Source: a virus. From it: DNA of 64,000 nt. The translations under genes were made by a program, and so were the position numbers. Of the stretch, positions 9,478 through 19,787 are shown piece after piece. The first letter of the stretch is position 1; each line of letters starts with the position of its first letter. Under the pieces are notes generated by a model. That model did no database searches. It was not told the origin of the DNA and saw only the letters and a program-made list of their open reading frames with translations. The stretch lies in the IMG/VR virus record IMGVR_UViG_3300045988_123611. One strand, 5' to 3'.

Positions 9478-10454
9478 TTGACTAATCCTCCAATACAATC
9501 TTTACAATACTCGCTGTGTGGGTTCGCAGGGTCAATTTCAAATGCCTCTTCACACTCCGCACACCATTCAACATTACTGGGAATACAATCAGGACAATAA
9601 AAACATGTATGTCCATCTAATCCCTTTACTGGAAATGTTTCATACTCACTAAATAGCTGACCGCATCCTCTACAATGAACGTAGAATCCATCGCCATCAG
9701 TTGGAAAATTCTTACAAATATTATCGAACCAAATATTATGATAATTACGATAATACTCAAAATTAGGGATATCTTTCTCTTGGAGCATGCGGATTACCTT
9801 ATTAATCGTATCAAAAAGAGCGCCCGCATTTAATGTTTCAACATGACTATGTTCATTCTTGTATCCAACTGAAAGATTTACACCACAAATTTTCCATTCA
9901 GGACATAAAACACTAATATCACTAAACGTGCCAAAATCCTCTACAAATCCAAAAGATTCAATGTAATCAATGAATTTAGGATTGTAAAGGTCGTAAAATA
10001 CACAATCATTTGTGCCTTGTCTATCCAACTGAATAATATATTTCAAATCAGGAAATGGACACTCAAAATATTGTAATACTAATGCTTCGGCGCCTAATCC
10101 ACCAATTTCTTCATCAGTGGTAAAAATAATAGAAGGGCGCAAAAATGTATTCCTCAAAATATGAAGAATCGCATATACTCCTGCTCTATCATCTGCACCA
10201 AGACCTTCAGGTGACCAAAGCACATTTTTTCTTGTGTCATAATATAAATCTTTGACCGGTTTCTCAAACACGGTATCAAGATGAGCCACTAAGGCAATCG
10301 GAATATCGCCAACCGCACAAACATACTCTTTAGTAATAACTACTTCAGAATATTTAGATTTCAATACATCGGCAACATATTCCCTTAACTCATCTTGCGT
10401 CGAGCGAACCAGATATTCAAATAACCAAAGTTCATTAGTTTTAAAACCTCTCAC
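9348..10454 (-). CDS. M42/M20-family metallopeptidase-like domain fused to C-terminal zinc ribbons
   Basis: Motifs AHLDTVF, GADDRAGV, FTTDEEIGGLGA and IQLD match the co-catalytic metal ligands of M42/M28 peptidases. The C-terminus is CxxC-rich. The 3' end overlaps the next gene by about 130 nt. Confidence 0.55.
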   Translation of the reverse strand: MRGFKTNELWLFEYLVRSTQDELREYVADVLKSKYSEVVITKEYVCAVGDIPIALVAHLDTVFEKPVKDLYYDTRKNVLWSPEGLGADDRAGVYAILHILRNTFLRPSIIFTTDEEIGGLGAEALVLQYFECPFPDLKYIIQLDRQGTNDCVFYDLYNPKFIDYIESFGFVEDFGTFSDISVLCPEWKICGVNLSVGYKNEHSHVETLNAGALFDTINKVIRMLQEKDIPNFEYYRNYHNIWFDNICKNFPTDGDGFYVHCRGCGQLFSEYETFPVKGLDGHTCFYCPDCIPSNVEWCAECEEAFEIDPANPHSEYCKDCIGGLVKCHMTSTSKALENSSTKSSVTPKESVIQKQKNYSKDSSKPKKT

Positions 10455-10505
10455 AGTTTATTCTCCTATCTTTTATCTTATATTTATATTATAACATTAT
10501 TTTTT

Positions 10506-11306
10506 TTATTTGTCAATTGAGTCCTCTTCCGCCTCGGGGATAGGATTATTCTGCTTACTTGCTTGAACGGCTTTATCTATAACACGAGAGAATATAAATG
10601 CGGTTTCACAATAATGGCACGTCCCTTGTCGTTGACAGCGCTGACCGCAATTGATGCGGTTGGGGCCAAAATCTTCGGGGATTCCACGATTATCCGCATT
10701 ATAATTTAGATTGGTTAATAAAAGGTTTAGATTACCTTGCCAATGACCGCTTTGGTAGATATCCAAAAGCACAGCTTCTTTGGAGAGTGCGGGCTCGTCG
10801 AATTCTAAAGTTGAGACATATGTTCCATAGTAATCTACGTCTTCCGGTCGGACGTAGGAACCGCATATCCCATTTTCTCTTGGAAGGTTATCGTCATAGC
10901 ATTTATTCGCAATCATACGGATTGGAACTTTTGCTTGCTGATTTAATTGTCTCAAATCAAATGTAAGCGGTGCTCCGATAAAAAGTTCGCTAACTCCAAG
11001 GTCAAGGAGAACGCGGACTTCTGCCCATGTAGTAGCAGGATAAGCAAAATAATACTTTACATCAATATTACACCCATTACGAGTAAGCATATCTTCAAAT
11101 GCTACAATAAGATCAACTTTATCCTTAAATGAATCAATCTCTTCCCAATTCACTTCTTCATCTTTGCGGATTCTGATAATATATCGCTTATTAGAGAATT
11201 TCTAAATCATATCATACATAATGTTTATATCATTATAATTAACCATAAGCTCATCAGCCTTTTCGCGAACGGCATCAGGTTGGCGCACAGAAACACAATA
11301 TTTCAA
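10506..11306 (-). CDS. hypothetical protein. Either 215 aa from ATG 11153, or about 267 aa from TTG 11306 including one in-frame TAG.
   Basis: The in-frame upstream extension carries AAGGAGTGATATAA-TTG. The start is uncertain. Confidence 0.4.
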
Positions 11307-11477
11307 ATTATATCACTCCTTTATAATATAATTATAATAAAAAACTCCAATTTTGTCAAGAAAATTCTAAACGGCTTTTTACTTTTGGACTTTCGGTATG
11401 TGCGACCAGCACCGGTCGGAGCAGATAACAAGAAAAAATGGACTGAAAAATTTTCAGTCCATTTAATCATTTAATGC

Positions 11478-11894
11478 TTAGTCCTCAGCGACAATCTTGC
11501 GATAAGCCACTTTCTTTGAAGCCTTACCGCCATCAGCACCCGGAACGGAAACCTCAGTCTTCTCCGCGCGATTCTCGCTCACAAGAGTGCGGAGTCGATA
11601 ACTCGCCTTCTGAGCAGAAACGCTCTCATCGCCGAGAGCCTTGACGATCTCAGGGATGGTCATAAACTCATCGTCATAAAGAACATTATAAATCTGCTCA
11701 GTCAGCTCATCACCCTCAGCACGCTTGGCGGCCGCACGCTCCTTAGCCTTGGCGGTCTTCTTATCAAGCAACTCAATCTCATGCTCACAGAATGCGATCA
11801 CATCATTGGGATCATACTTGATCTCACCAGTGTGCATAGCTCCGATAATCGCGGTCAGATAATCGCGCTTAGAAACCTTAACTTCATTAGTCAT
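11478..11894 (-). CDS. hypothetical protein, member of a 3-copy small-protein family (with 32781-33218 and 35404-35784). Possible winged-helix.
   Basis: Shared N-terminal SKRD(Y/R)...A and C-terminal basic segment. GC-rich relative to its neighbours. Confidence 0.5.
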   Translation of the reverse strand: MTNEVKVSKRDYLTAIIGAMHTGEIKYDPNDVIAFCEHEIELLDKKTAKAKERAAAKRAEGDELTEQIYNVLYDDEFMTIPEIVKALGDESVSAQKASYRLRTLVSENRAEKTEVSVPGADGGKASKKVAYRKIVAED

Positions 11895-11984
11895 AATTTT
11901 TACCTTAACCTTTCATAAATAACAATTTTATTTTTAGGAAGTATCTCTTCCTTTACCTTACATAAATATTATATATTATTTTTT

Positions 11985-13589
11985 TTAAAAAATCAAAGAA
12001 GGTCTTTGATTTGGGTTAGTGCCATTGACCCAAGAAATAAATTCCTCTTCATTAATGTCAAAGAGGTCTCTGCCCTTTTCAGTGAGAGTTTCTCCATCGA
12101 CATAATAATTAGAACGCCAACCGTCTCTTTCTTCTTCAATTTCACCAGTGAAGAAGGTTTTTACTTTTTTATCTCCACAACAATCCCAACAAATATCCGC
12201 ATAGAATCCAACTGGCTTCTTTTGGAATCGAAGGCGGATTTGCTTCATATCATCATAATCTTTACGAACTTCACAACAAGGACAAACTTCTGTGCTTTCG
12301 TCATAACAATAAGCACAATAAGTTTTTCCATCGACATTATAAGTGTCATCGACATAAACAATATCGCCACACTTATCGCACTTTACTGCACCCGAGCAAC
12401 TCGGACAGATAGTCATTTCTGCATTATTCTCTCTATCATCAAAGAGAGAATCATCAAAAAGCTCTCCGCAACACATACACTCAGATTCACCTGAGTAGTT
12501 AAGATCAATGTTTTCATCCGTAGGGATTTTAGTGGAAACATAAGCATTATGATCTGAGTAGATATCGTTATACATAAAATTGGTATCAAGATTGAAGTAA
12601 ATACTTCTATCAAGCTCACCAATAAAATTAACACTGTAGTTATGAATCTGGTTCAAATACTGAGTATAAGGGCCAAAGCCAAGATTCTGTTCAGCGAGCT
12701 TCTTGATCCAAGCGAGACAAATACTTTCAAGGTTATCATTACAATAAGGATACCCCTTGATGCCAAGGATAAGGCTTTCATCTACAATGAAAAGTTCACG
12801 CCAGCGCTTGCTATTCCACATCACAGGCCTACCAACCTTATAACAAATTTCCATGTCCTTATCAGACTTAAGATAAGCCTCAAGGATAATGGGAGAATTC
12901 ATCATCTCAACGGTTCCCTGACGATATTCGCCACCGCCATTCTGCCATCTCATACAAGAATCCCAACCGCAATCATTATCACTCATAGTGATATAATCAA
13001 GAGGATGAACAGAAAGACAAAGTTCACCAGAAATATTTTTCTGATTGAGGAACTGAGAATGAGCGATACGGAACTTTTCATAAACATCGCGGTCAATCTC
13101 CAAAATATCACTCAGCTTACCAAGCATCTTACTAAGCTTCATGCCCTTATTAATCATAAGAGTTTTATTATTATAAGTGAATTTAAAAGATTCACCATCA
13201 TAGATGTTAGACATTAAAGGTTCAACATCCAAAAGACTTGCCAAATTAAGATACTGAGTATTAGAGATGGTTGTCCTGAGATAAAGATCTCTTACCTTAT
13301 TATTAAAGGTATTTCGGAATTCGAAACCATCACCATTTCTACTGAAATAATCATAATAATCATCACTCATCTCTTCATAAGAACGAGAATAACTTACCTT
13401 ACGAGAAATGATAAGATTATCTCCCAACATCTTATAAAGATTCTGCTTATTATAAGCCCAAAAGCGGAGAATGTAGTCGAGAGATGCCTTCATATCGGAA
13501 CTATCTCCGCCGAGGCCCGCAAAATTACGAATATACTCTTCAATCTTTTCGCAATCTTCTTTGGAAAGGAGCTCAAATAAATTAGCCAT
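11985..13589 (-). CDS. large Cys-rich zinc-ribbon protein (534 aa), paralog of 8044-9477
   Basis: See 8044-9477. Class-A promoter at 13600-13660. Confidence 0.6.
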   Translation of the reverse strand: MANLFELLSKEDCEKIEEYIRNFAGLGGDSSDMKASLDYILRFWAYNKQNLYKMLGDNLIISRKVSYSRSYEEMSDDYYDYFSRNGDGFEFRNTFNNKVRDLYLRTTISNTQYLNLASLLDVEPLMSNIYDGESFKFTYNNKTLMINKGMKLSKMLGKLSDILEIDRDVYEKFRIAHSQFLNQKNISGELCLSVHPLDYITMSDNDCGWDSCMRWQNGGGEYRQGTVEMMNSPIILEAYLKSDKDMEICYKVGRPVMWNSKRWRELFIVDESLILGIKGYPYCNDNLESICLAWIKKLAEQNLGFGPYTQYLNQIHNYSVNFIGELDRSIYFNLDTNFMYNDIYSDHNAYVSTKIPTDENIDLNYSGESECMCCGELFDDSLFDDRENNAEMTICPSCSGAVKCDKCGDIVYVDDTYNVDGKTYCAYCYDESTEVCPCCEVRKDYDDMKQIRLRFQKKPVGFYADICWDCCGDKKVKTFFTGEIEEERDGWRSNYYVDGETLTEKGRDLFDINEEEFISWVNGTNPNQRPSLIF

Positions 13590-13659
13590 ATCTTATCAAC
13601 CTCTTTTTAATATCTTTCTTAACTTTATATATATATTATAATATATTTTTTTATAAAAA

Positions 13660-13705
13660 TAAAGAAAGCCCTTTGCGGTCAATCAAAGGGCTTTCTTGCG
13701 AAAGG
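13660..13705. terminator. Bidirectional terminator
   Basis: GAAAGCCCTTTG-CGGTCAAT-CAAAGGGCTTTC. Confidence 0.6.
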
Positions 13706-13718
13706 GGTTTTATTATAT

Positions 13719-15077
13719 TTACTTACAAAGATTACCCATGAACATGAGCGGAAGAAGATCATCCGCGTTCTTGGAATCCTTCATAAGGAAATACATCATC
13801 ATAGGATTCTTAGAGAAATCCATACCACTCTGACCACCCATCATAGAGAGCATCAGCATGGTGTTCATGTCGAACTCACCACTATTCTCACTCATCATGA
13901 GGAAGGGAAGCATATTGCCGAACGGCGCATCCGGAGTGGGCGCATCAGAAGTCATGTTAAAGAGAGACACGACCTTCGTTGCGAAGTTGAAACCAAACGG
14001 AGACTTGGTAAGCAGAATCTTCTTCTCCTCACCGGCCTGCGGATCAATCGCAGTCATACCCGTTTCAGCAACCTCAGTCACAAACATCGCCTTGCGGTTG
14101 TGGATCACAATGTCGCCGACCTTAACGTCCTTGATGGCAACCGGCATCTTGTAAAGGAACTTACCGCCATCAAAGTTGAAGATATCGACGTCGATAATCT
14201 CCTTACTCTCAGGGTTGTAAGAAACCCAAGTGCCATTCGCGTTCTTCACGGCCAGGCCATACATAGACATACGAATGTTATCAGTGGTGCAGGGGCCAAA
14301 ATCAAAATTAAACGCCTTCATTTTCTTATTTCCTTTCTTATTATCAACATTATTGTTAAATGTATTTTGTTCGTTCAAAACTTTATTGATTCGATCATCA
14401 ATATAATCGTTATCAATCATGGCACACTTATCTTTAATTGCGTCAATTTGACTACCACCGAGTGTAATTGTATCAGGGGCAGAAGCGAGAGTAGTAGCAA
14501 AAATTGCGTTAGAATCAATTGAAGCAACCTTTCCAGTCATGCAATCATCATCAGAGACTACTGTAATAGGTGTGGCATTTAACTCTCCAAGAATCTTCTG
14601 GGCTTCTTCATCAGAAATAGTCCACGCAGTGGAAAATTCTGTATTCCACCCCGCACACACTTTGGTGTAATCAAGGTCATCGCGAGTTTTGCTTATATCG
14701 TTATTCTTTTCAGTAGTCTTCTTCGCTTTATGCATCTTATATTCGAAAAGCTTTTCAGAGCACTTGATCGCATACTTATCTGTAAAAATATTACAAATAT
14801 TATCAGCTAAAAATTCACCAAAAGAACCATCATCAGCATTGGCAAAGAAAGAATTCATAATGTAAGTATCAGGAAAAACATCAAAGAAAATTTTGCCATT
14901 AAGGTCAGATTTAACGACAATCCTAACACTATTCTTAGAAGTCTTTAACTTACGCCAAAAGACGTAATCAAGCTTATAATACTTATTATCTTGAACTACT
15001 TGACTAAATCTATCTAAAATTTTATCAAAAACATTAGGTGGGAATTCAAAAATTCCCATTACATTAGTTTCAGCCAT
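13719..15077 (-). CDS. hypothetical protein (452 aa) with Met-rich C-terminus
   Basis: Long ORF, no TAG. Confidence 0.55.
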   Translation of the reverse strand: MAETNVMGIFEFPPNVFDKILDRFSQVVQDNKYYKLDYVFWRKLKTSKNSVRIVVKSDLNGKIFFDVFPDTYIMNSFFANADDGSFGEFLADNICNIFTDKYAIKCSEKLFEYKMHKAKKTTEKNNDISKTRDDLDYTKVCAGWNTEFSTAWTISDEEAQKILGELNATPITVVSDDDCMTGKVASIDSNAIFATTLASAPDTITLGGSQIDAIKDKCAMIDNDYIDDRINKVLNEQNTFNNNVDNKKGNKKMKAFNFDFGPCTTDNIRMSMYGLAVKNANGTWVSYNPESKEIIDVDIFNFDGGKFLYKMPVAIKDVKVGDIVIHNRKAMFVTEVAETGMTAIDPQAGEEKKILLTKSPFGFNFATKVVSLFNMTSDAPTPDAPFGNMLPFLMMSENSGEFDMNTMLMLSMMGGQSGMDFSKNPMMMYFLMKDSKNADDLLPLMFMGNLCK

Positions 15078-15230
15078 TTAGTCTCCTCTCCACTTCTCGT
15101 CGGATATATTCCATATCGCTATCCGTCAGAGTGAGTTCAGTCTGGAAACTTGTGGCGCCCGCACTAATTTCCTTGATAATTCTTTCAAGTTCCTCAGTGT
15201 GATTCGCATAACACATAAATAAATTATCCA

Positions 15231-15506
15231 TTACTCCATCCACTCCAATGTATCTTTATCGTCCCAAAAGAAATCAAACTCAGTATACGCTTTACCGTCC
15301 TTATCTTTCTTAATAAGAATATCCATCATATGAGCATGAATACCATCTTCGGGATAATCCATTTCCCAAATTTCACGAATCTTATAACGAGACTTGTGCG
15401 GAATGGCTAAATGAGTAATGAATTCCTCGGGAGTCCAAGTTTCAGTAGCCGTGCAGAACACCAAATCATAATGCTCACTATGAACCGCGATTACTTTTTC
15501 AATCAT
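15231..15506 (-). CDS. hypothetical protein (91 aa)
   Basis: ORF. Overlaps next gene by 8 nt. Confidence 0.45.
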   Translation of the reverse strand: MIEKVIAVHSEHYDLVFCTATETWTPEEFITHLAIPHKSRYKIREIWEMDYPEDGIHAHMMDILIKKDKDGKAYTEFDFFWDDKDTLEWME

Positions 15507-15741
15507 TGTTATCTTCTCCTAATATATCACAAATTGCCTGATGACTAAAAGTAATCTTTGCTCCAAGATAAGGAACTGTTTTATCATCAGCAATAATAAT
15601 TTCCACAAAAGCAATATCGTATTTATAAAAATATACAATACGTTTAATTGCTTCCAAATAATCAGAGGCTACTATTACACCCTGAAAATCTTCCTTTCCT
15701 GGGTCTACTGCATTAACATGAGCTATGTAGTGATACTCCAT
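15499..15741 (-). CDS. hypothetical protein (80 aa)
   Basis: ORF with class-A promoter at 15750-15810. Confidence 0.45.
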   Translation of the reverse strand: MEYHYIAHVNAVDPGKEDFQGVIVASDYLEAIKRIVYFYKYDIAFVEIIIADDKTVPYLGAKITFSHQAICDILGEDNND

Positions 15742-15809
15742 AACAAATAACCTCTTTTCTTATTTTCTATATATATTATATATTATTTTTTTAAAAATGT
15801 CAAAAGATC

Positions 15810-16094
15810 TTACCAACTACGACATACGAGAATACTTACATAGTCAGTATCACAAAAGACCTTACGAAGCTCGGCATAAACACGATTCGCGTTAGCAAAA
15901 ATTTCGCGCTCATCTTCATCAACAAGAGATAAATCTTCATCATTGTTGATAAAATAAACTTCGGTATAACTCCAATCACCAAGAATAACATCTAAAACAT
16001 CATCAACGTCATTCTCTGACCATTCAGGGAAAGTATCATGAAGCCAAATCCTAAATTGACTTCCATATACAATAGGTTTCAAAGTATAATCCAT
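15810..16094 (-). CDS. hypothetical acidic protein (94 aa)
   Basis: ORF with class-A promoter at 16105-16160. Confidence 0.45.
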   Translation of the reverse strand: MDYTLKPIVYGSQFRIWLHDTFPEWSENDVDDVLDVILGDWSYTEVYFINNDEDLSLVDEDEREIFANANRVYAELRKVFCDTDYVSILVCRSW

Positions 16095-16172
16095 AAAAAA
16101 GTCCTCTCTTAACTTTCTATAAATATTATATAATAATATTTATAAAAAATCAAAAAAGGACTTTTAATTTAT

Positions 16173-16844
16173 TTAATTGTTGAATAAATCAGTATCAATG
16201 ATGGCGAAATTCGCACGATGAATATATACTGCCTTGCCATCAATCGTCAACTGAGTAGTCTTAGGAAGATTCTTTGGAATGTCCCAAGAGACGTTATCCC
16301 CTACAAACATACAAATGGGGTCGCCCATCTGGGACTGAATTACTACAATCTTACTGCCGGAATCTGCATTGTTCAAATTTTTAGACTTCAAATACCACCA
16401 AGAAAGATCCCAATAATCATTCCAACGGCGGTCGGTAGGCGCGGAAATGCTAGCTCCATTGCCACTATTAGTCGAAGCTTCCGCGGGAATGTCTACATCA
16501 TACTGAGTGAGACGACTATCAGCAAAAACAATAGTAGAACCGCAACTCTCAATACTCTTACCATCAATATCGACGCTTATAACCGACGAAAGAGAATAAT
16601 AACTAACCCAACTACCGTCAGTGTTATAACCCCATTCCTTCACTTTGTTGGGCTTAATGTCAAAGGTCTCGCCTTCACACTGGAACCACTGAGCACCGTG
16701 GTTATCATAAAAGGTAGCGAGGAAAGAAAGCTTAACGTCGCCGTCCTCCGGCTCGGCGGTAATTGTAGTTGTTTCTGGACTGTCGCACGCAGTCAACGAA
16801 AGGCAAAGGATAATCGCAATAATACCACAAATAAATCTCTTCAT
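16173..16844 (-). CDS. lipoprotein (signal peptide + lipobox LTAC)
   Basis: N-terminus MKRFICGIIAIILCLSLTACDS. Confidence 0.6.
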   Translation of the reverse strand: MKRFICGIIAIILCLSLTACDSPETTTITAEPEDGDVKLSFLATFYDNHGAQWFQCEGETFDIKPNKVKEWGYNTDGSWVSYYSLSSVISVDIDGKSIESCGSTIVFADSRLTQYDVDIPAEASTNSGNGASISAPTDRRWNDYWDLSWWYLKSKNLNNADSGSKIVVIQSQMGDPICMFVGDNVSWDIPKNLPKTTQLTIDGKAVYIHRANFAIIDTDLFNN

Positions 16845-16865
16845 AATTTAATGCTCCTTTGGATT

Positions 16866-17030
16866 ATTTTCCATATAATTTTTGATACGTTCACCATTAA
16901 ACCGAGAAGGACATTTAAGACAAATATAACTATTATAATAGTCGCACCAGTGCTTTTCTGTCCCATCAGGATTCAGAGTAGGATTCAGCGTATCATACGC
17001 ACAATACATCTTATCAGTCATTATTTTACC
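16866..17030 (-). CDS. small Cys-containing hypothetical protein (~55 aa)
   Basis: GTGAGGTAAAATA-ATG start. Manual translation. Confidence 0.3.
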
Positions 17031-17740
17031 TCACTACATCTTGTTAATGTGTTAATCTTTACATTCTTACGAACATCTTGCGACTTCACAGTTCCACGAA
17101 TGTGATAAGTATTTCCAATAGTCCAATCACTCTTGGAAGAAGTGATCCACATAAACTGATTACCATCAACATCGCTCATAGAATAAGCAATGGTATGACC
17201 ATATTTACTTTCAAGGGCGTGCTTGTCATCAATTTTCACAGTAATCTCAATGCGGTCGCCGATGTTGCCGATCCACTGAGCCAAACTCTCATCATACACA
17301 AGGGCATCAACCGCGTGCTTTACCACTTCTTCACGATAAAGCTCGCCGTCCGCTCCGCCGACCTTATCCCAATCAAGACGAATCGGTTCAACATCTGCGG
17401 GAAGCGCAGGAATCTCATCACAAGAGCGGAAATACCAACCCCACAACCGCGTATAGCGCGCAGAGCTCATCTTAAACCAATCGTTCTCTTCATCACAATT
17501 ACCTTTGAAAATCGTGATGTAGCCCGCATCGCCAAACCCAAGAACCTGACGATGCGGAGCCATCTTGGTTGCTACCTCTTGGGATTTTTCGGGGTAAAGT
17601 TTAGCATACTCCGCGTCTTCATACCAACGCACCTGACGAATAGTCCCGGTTTTCGGGTTCTTCACCTGGATATATTTCTTTCCCGCAGATACATACACGT
17701 CGCCAATGAATTCAAATTTTTGAAAACTCGGAGCTACCAT
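17021..17740 (-). CDS. hypothetical protein (239 aa)
   Basis: ORF, no TAG. Confidence 0.5.
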   Translation of the reverse strand: MVAPSFQKFEFIGDVYVSAGKKYIQVKNPKTGTIRQVRWYEDAEYAKLYPEKSQEVATKMAPHRQVLGFGDAGYITIFKGNCDEENDWFKMSSARYTRLWGWYFRSCDEIPALPADVEPIRLDWDKVGGADGELYREEVVKHAVDALVYDESLAQWIGNIGDRIEITVKIDDKHALESKYGHTIAYSMSDVDGNQFMWITSSKSDWTIGNTYHIRGTVKSQDVRKNVKINTLTRCSEVK

Positions 17741-17743
17741 GCT

Positions 17744-18031
17744 TTACACCTCCCACATACTAACTATGCTAAAATGTTTTTCATCCTCTAAAATATAAGC
17801 TTCAAGCGTTTCATATTTCTTAGAGTTATTATACTTATTATATAGCTCAAAAGAGCATTTCATACTATCAAAATAATCTTCAATGGATAAATCGTGATAA
17901 ACACAAGACCAAAGAAAATCATCATAAGTTCTTTCTTCATAAAAAGAAAGAAGCATTTCATATGCATCTGAAAGATCACCGCAAGCTAAAACGGGGCGAA
18001 ATTCATCACATACTAAGTGAACTCTTTTCAT
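17744..18031 (-). CDS. hypothetical protein (95 aa)
   Basis: ORF. Confidence 0.45.
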   Translation of the reverse strand: MKRVHLVCDEFRPVLACGDLSDAYEMLLSFYEERTYDDFLWSCVYHDLSIEDYFDSMKCSFELYNKYNNSKKYETLEAYILEDEKHFSIVSMWEV

Positions 18032-18342
18032 AGGATTGTCTGCTCCTCAATATAATATTCATGGCTCTTAAACTGAATTGCGAAACCTTCGGTTGTGATA
18101 TAGGGAGACTTCATGGCTTGAAGCTTACTATACCAATCTTTCAAACTGGCAACCTCAGTCCACCACTTTTCCGGTTCAATGGTAAGATAAGAGCTTGTGA
18201 ACCGCACGGTATCACTAAGGAATCGCTCATACATTGCTTCCTCTTGGAGAGAAAGAACTGTCTCCTGAGCGTCATCAATAGTTTCTGTAAGAAGAACAAT
18301 CTCCTCAGTCTCATTGTCTCTAATAGCGTAAATCGTTTTCAT
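18028..18342 (-). CDS. hypothetical protein (104 aa)
   Basis: ORF with ATGA overlap. Confidence 0.45.
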   Translation of the reverse strand: MKTIYAIRDNETEEIVLLTETIDDAQETVLSLQEEAMYERFLSDTVRFTSSYLTIEPEKWWTEVASLKDWYSKLQAMKSPYITTEGFAIQFKSHEYYIEEQTIL

Positions 18343-18344
18343 AA

Positions 18345-18596
18345 TTAAAACTCCTTATACTTTTCATATTCTTCTTCCGAGACTTCCCAAACATTGTATC
18401 CACATTCGGCAAGATAAGCGTCATACTCATCATAGAAGTCTTCTTCGCTTTGCTGATCCCACCACTCCATAGCGTCATCTTCAACACAAGATTCCGCATA
18501 TTGTTCCATTTCTTTTTCCGTGCCTTTAAAGAAATGATCTATTGTTTCGCCACAATAGCAGGTATATGTTTGAATGTGATAAAATTTAACTTCCAT
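18345..18596 (-). CDS. hypothetical acidic protein (83 aa)
   Basis: ORF. Confidence 0.45.
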   Translation of the reverse strand: MEVKFYHIQTYTCYCGETIDHFFKGTEKEMEQYAESCVEDDAMEWWDQQSEEDFYDEYDAYLAECGYNVWEVSEEEYEKYKEF

Positions 18597-18597
18597 A

Positions 18598-18876
18598 TTA
18601 ATCCTCCATCAAATAGTCAAATCCATAACCGCATAAACGACCTTCTTCAACCCAAGAGATGAAGCAAGCGCCACCTTTTTCATTAGGCCATTCAGAGCAA
18701 GAAAGATTCCATTGCTGAGACGCGGGCTTACTCTGGAAGTATTCAATAATTTTATCAACCGCGATCTCGTCGCAAGTCATTACATCATAACCACCATGAC
18801 CATACTCAACGCAAATATTCTCAATATCTTCTTCAATTTTAGAATAAGGAATATTAACAGTGCCAAGCATAAGCAT
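18598..18876 (-). CDS. hypothetical protein (92 aa)
   Basis: ORF with class-A promoter at 18885-18950. Confidence 0.45.
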   Translation of the reverse strand: MLMLGTVNIPYSKIEEDIENICVEYGHGGYDVMTCDEIAVDKIIEYFQSKPASQQWNLSCSEWPNEKGGACFISWVEEGRLCGYGFDYLMED

Positions 18877-18971
18877 CTCTCCTTTTTTTATCTTCTCTTT
18901 AACTTTCTATAAATATTATAATATATTTTTTTATAAAAATAAAGAAAGACCTTATGATTTACATAAGGTCT

Positions 18972-19145
18972 TTAATCATCGCCATATTTATCATCATAAA
19001 CGTTCCAAAAACAGCGGAATGCCAGAACCAGCCAAGTGATTAGTGCGGGAACCGCGATCTCTACGCCGACACCTTCCATAATATTGAGGCAAGCACCGGC
19101 ACATAAAACAGAGAAACAAAGTCCACCTAAAATATTACCTTTCAT
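18972..19145 (-). CDS. small membrane protein (~57 aa)
   Basis: ACGGAGGATCCTACTG-ATG start. Hydrophobic. Confidence 0.35.
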   Translation of the reverse strand: MKGNILGGLCFSVLCAGACLNIMEGVGVEIAVPALITWLVLAFRCFWNVYDDKYGDD

Positions 19146-19152
19146 CAGTAGG

Positions 19153-19320
19153 ATCCTCCGTATCTTACATTCCAGTAATAAAGTCATACCAATAGCTAAA
19201 AGCAATGGCACCAGACAGAAGCACCGGAACAATCCAATGAATAGGATGCCCATGAATTCCCTCTAAAAGAAGGAACGTTGTAAGAAAAGTATAACACCCA
19301 GCGTTAAGAAACTTCATCAT
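19153..19320 (-). CDS. small membrane protein (~55 aa)
   Basis: Hydrophobic ORF MMKFLNAGCYTFLTTFLLLEG. Confidence 0.3.
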
Positions 19321-19487
19321 AAATCAATCCCTCATATGATCAGTAGCGTCAAGAAAACCGTAAGCAGAAATCGCCAGAGCAAAAATTACAGTAATGGGCC
19401 AAGGAATGATAGCTCCTGAAAGCCCAACAAAGGTAAAAAAGATAGCTAGAAGCCCATAGGCAATGCCAATTACAAAACCAGCTTTCA
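19310..19487 (-). CDS. small membrane protein (~59 aa, GTG start)
   Basis: GGAGGATTTGAACT-GTG. Two predicted TM helices. Confidence 0.3.
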
Positions 19488-19787
19488 CAGTTCAAATCCT
19501 CCATACATCATAGCCTGAGAAGAGAAACGAAGCAAGCCCGCGATCATTTCGCGGTTCTTAATATCTTTTTTGAGAGTCTCAGGGCAACAACCCGTGGTTT
19601 CCTCAATATAAGAGACGAGTTCCGCATTGCGCTCACAAGCTTCCGCGAGTTCTTTCTTCGCGGTTTCCAGCTCCTTTTGGGCTTCCGCAAGCTCTCTACA
19701 AAGTTGAAGATTACGTGCTTGAAGCTTAACCTTCTCGCGTTCAAAAGCGAGATCTTTCGCGCTCTTCTTATACTTACTCGTTGCCAT
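19485..19787 (-). CDS. coiled-coil protein (100 aa)
   Basis: Heptad-like segment KLQARNLQLCRELAEAQKELETAKKELAEA. Confidence 0.45.
   Translation of the reverse strand: MATSKYKKSAKDLAFEREKVKLQARNLQLCRELAEAQKELETAKKELAEACERNAELVSYIEETTGCCPETLKKDIKNREMIAGLLRFSSQAMMYGGFEL

Noticed and set aside
16218-17791. Long plus-strand ORFs (295 aa and 237 aa) in the ORF track
   Set aside because: They are antisense shadow ORFs of well-supported minus-strand genes. They have no RBS or promoter and low-complexity translations.
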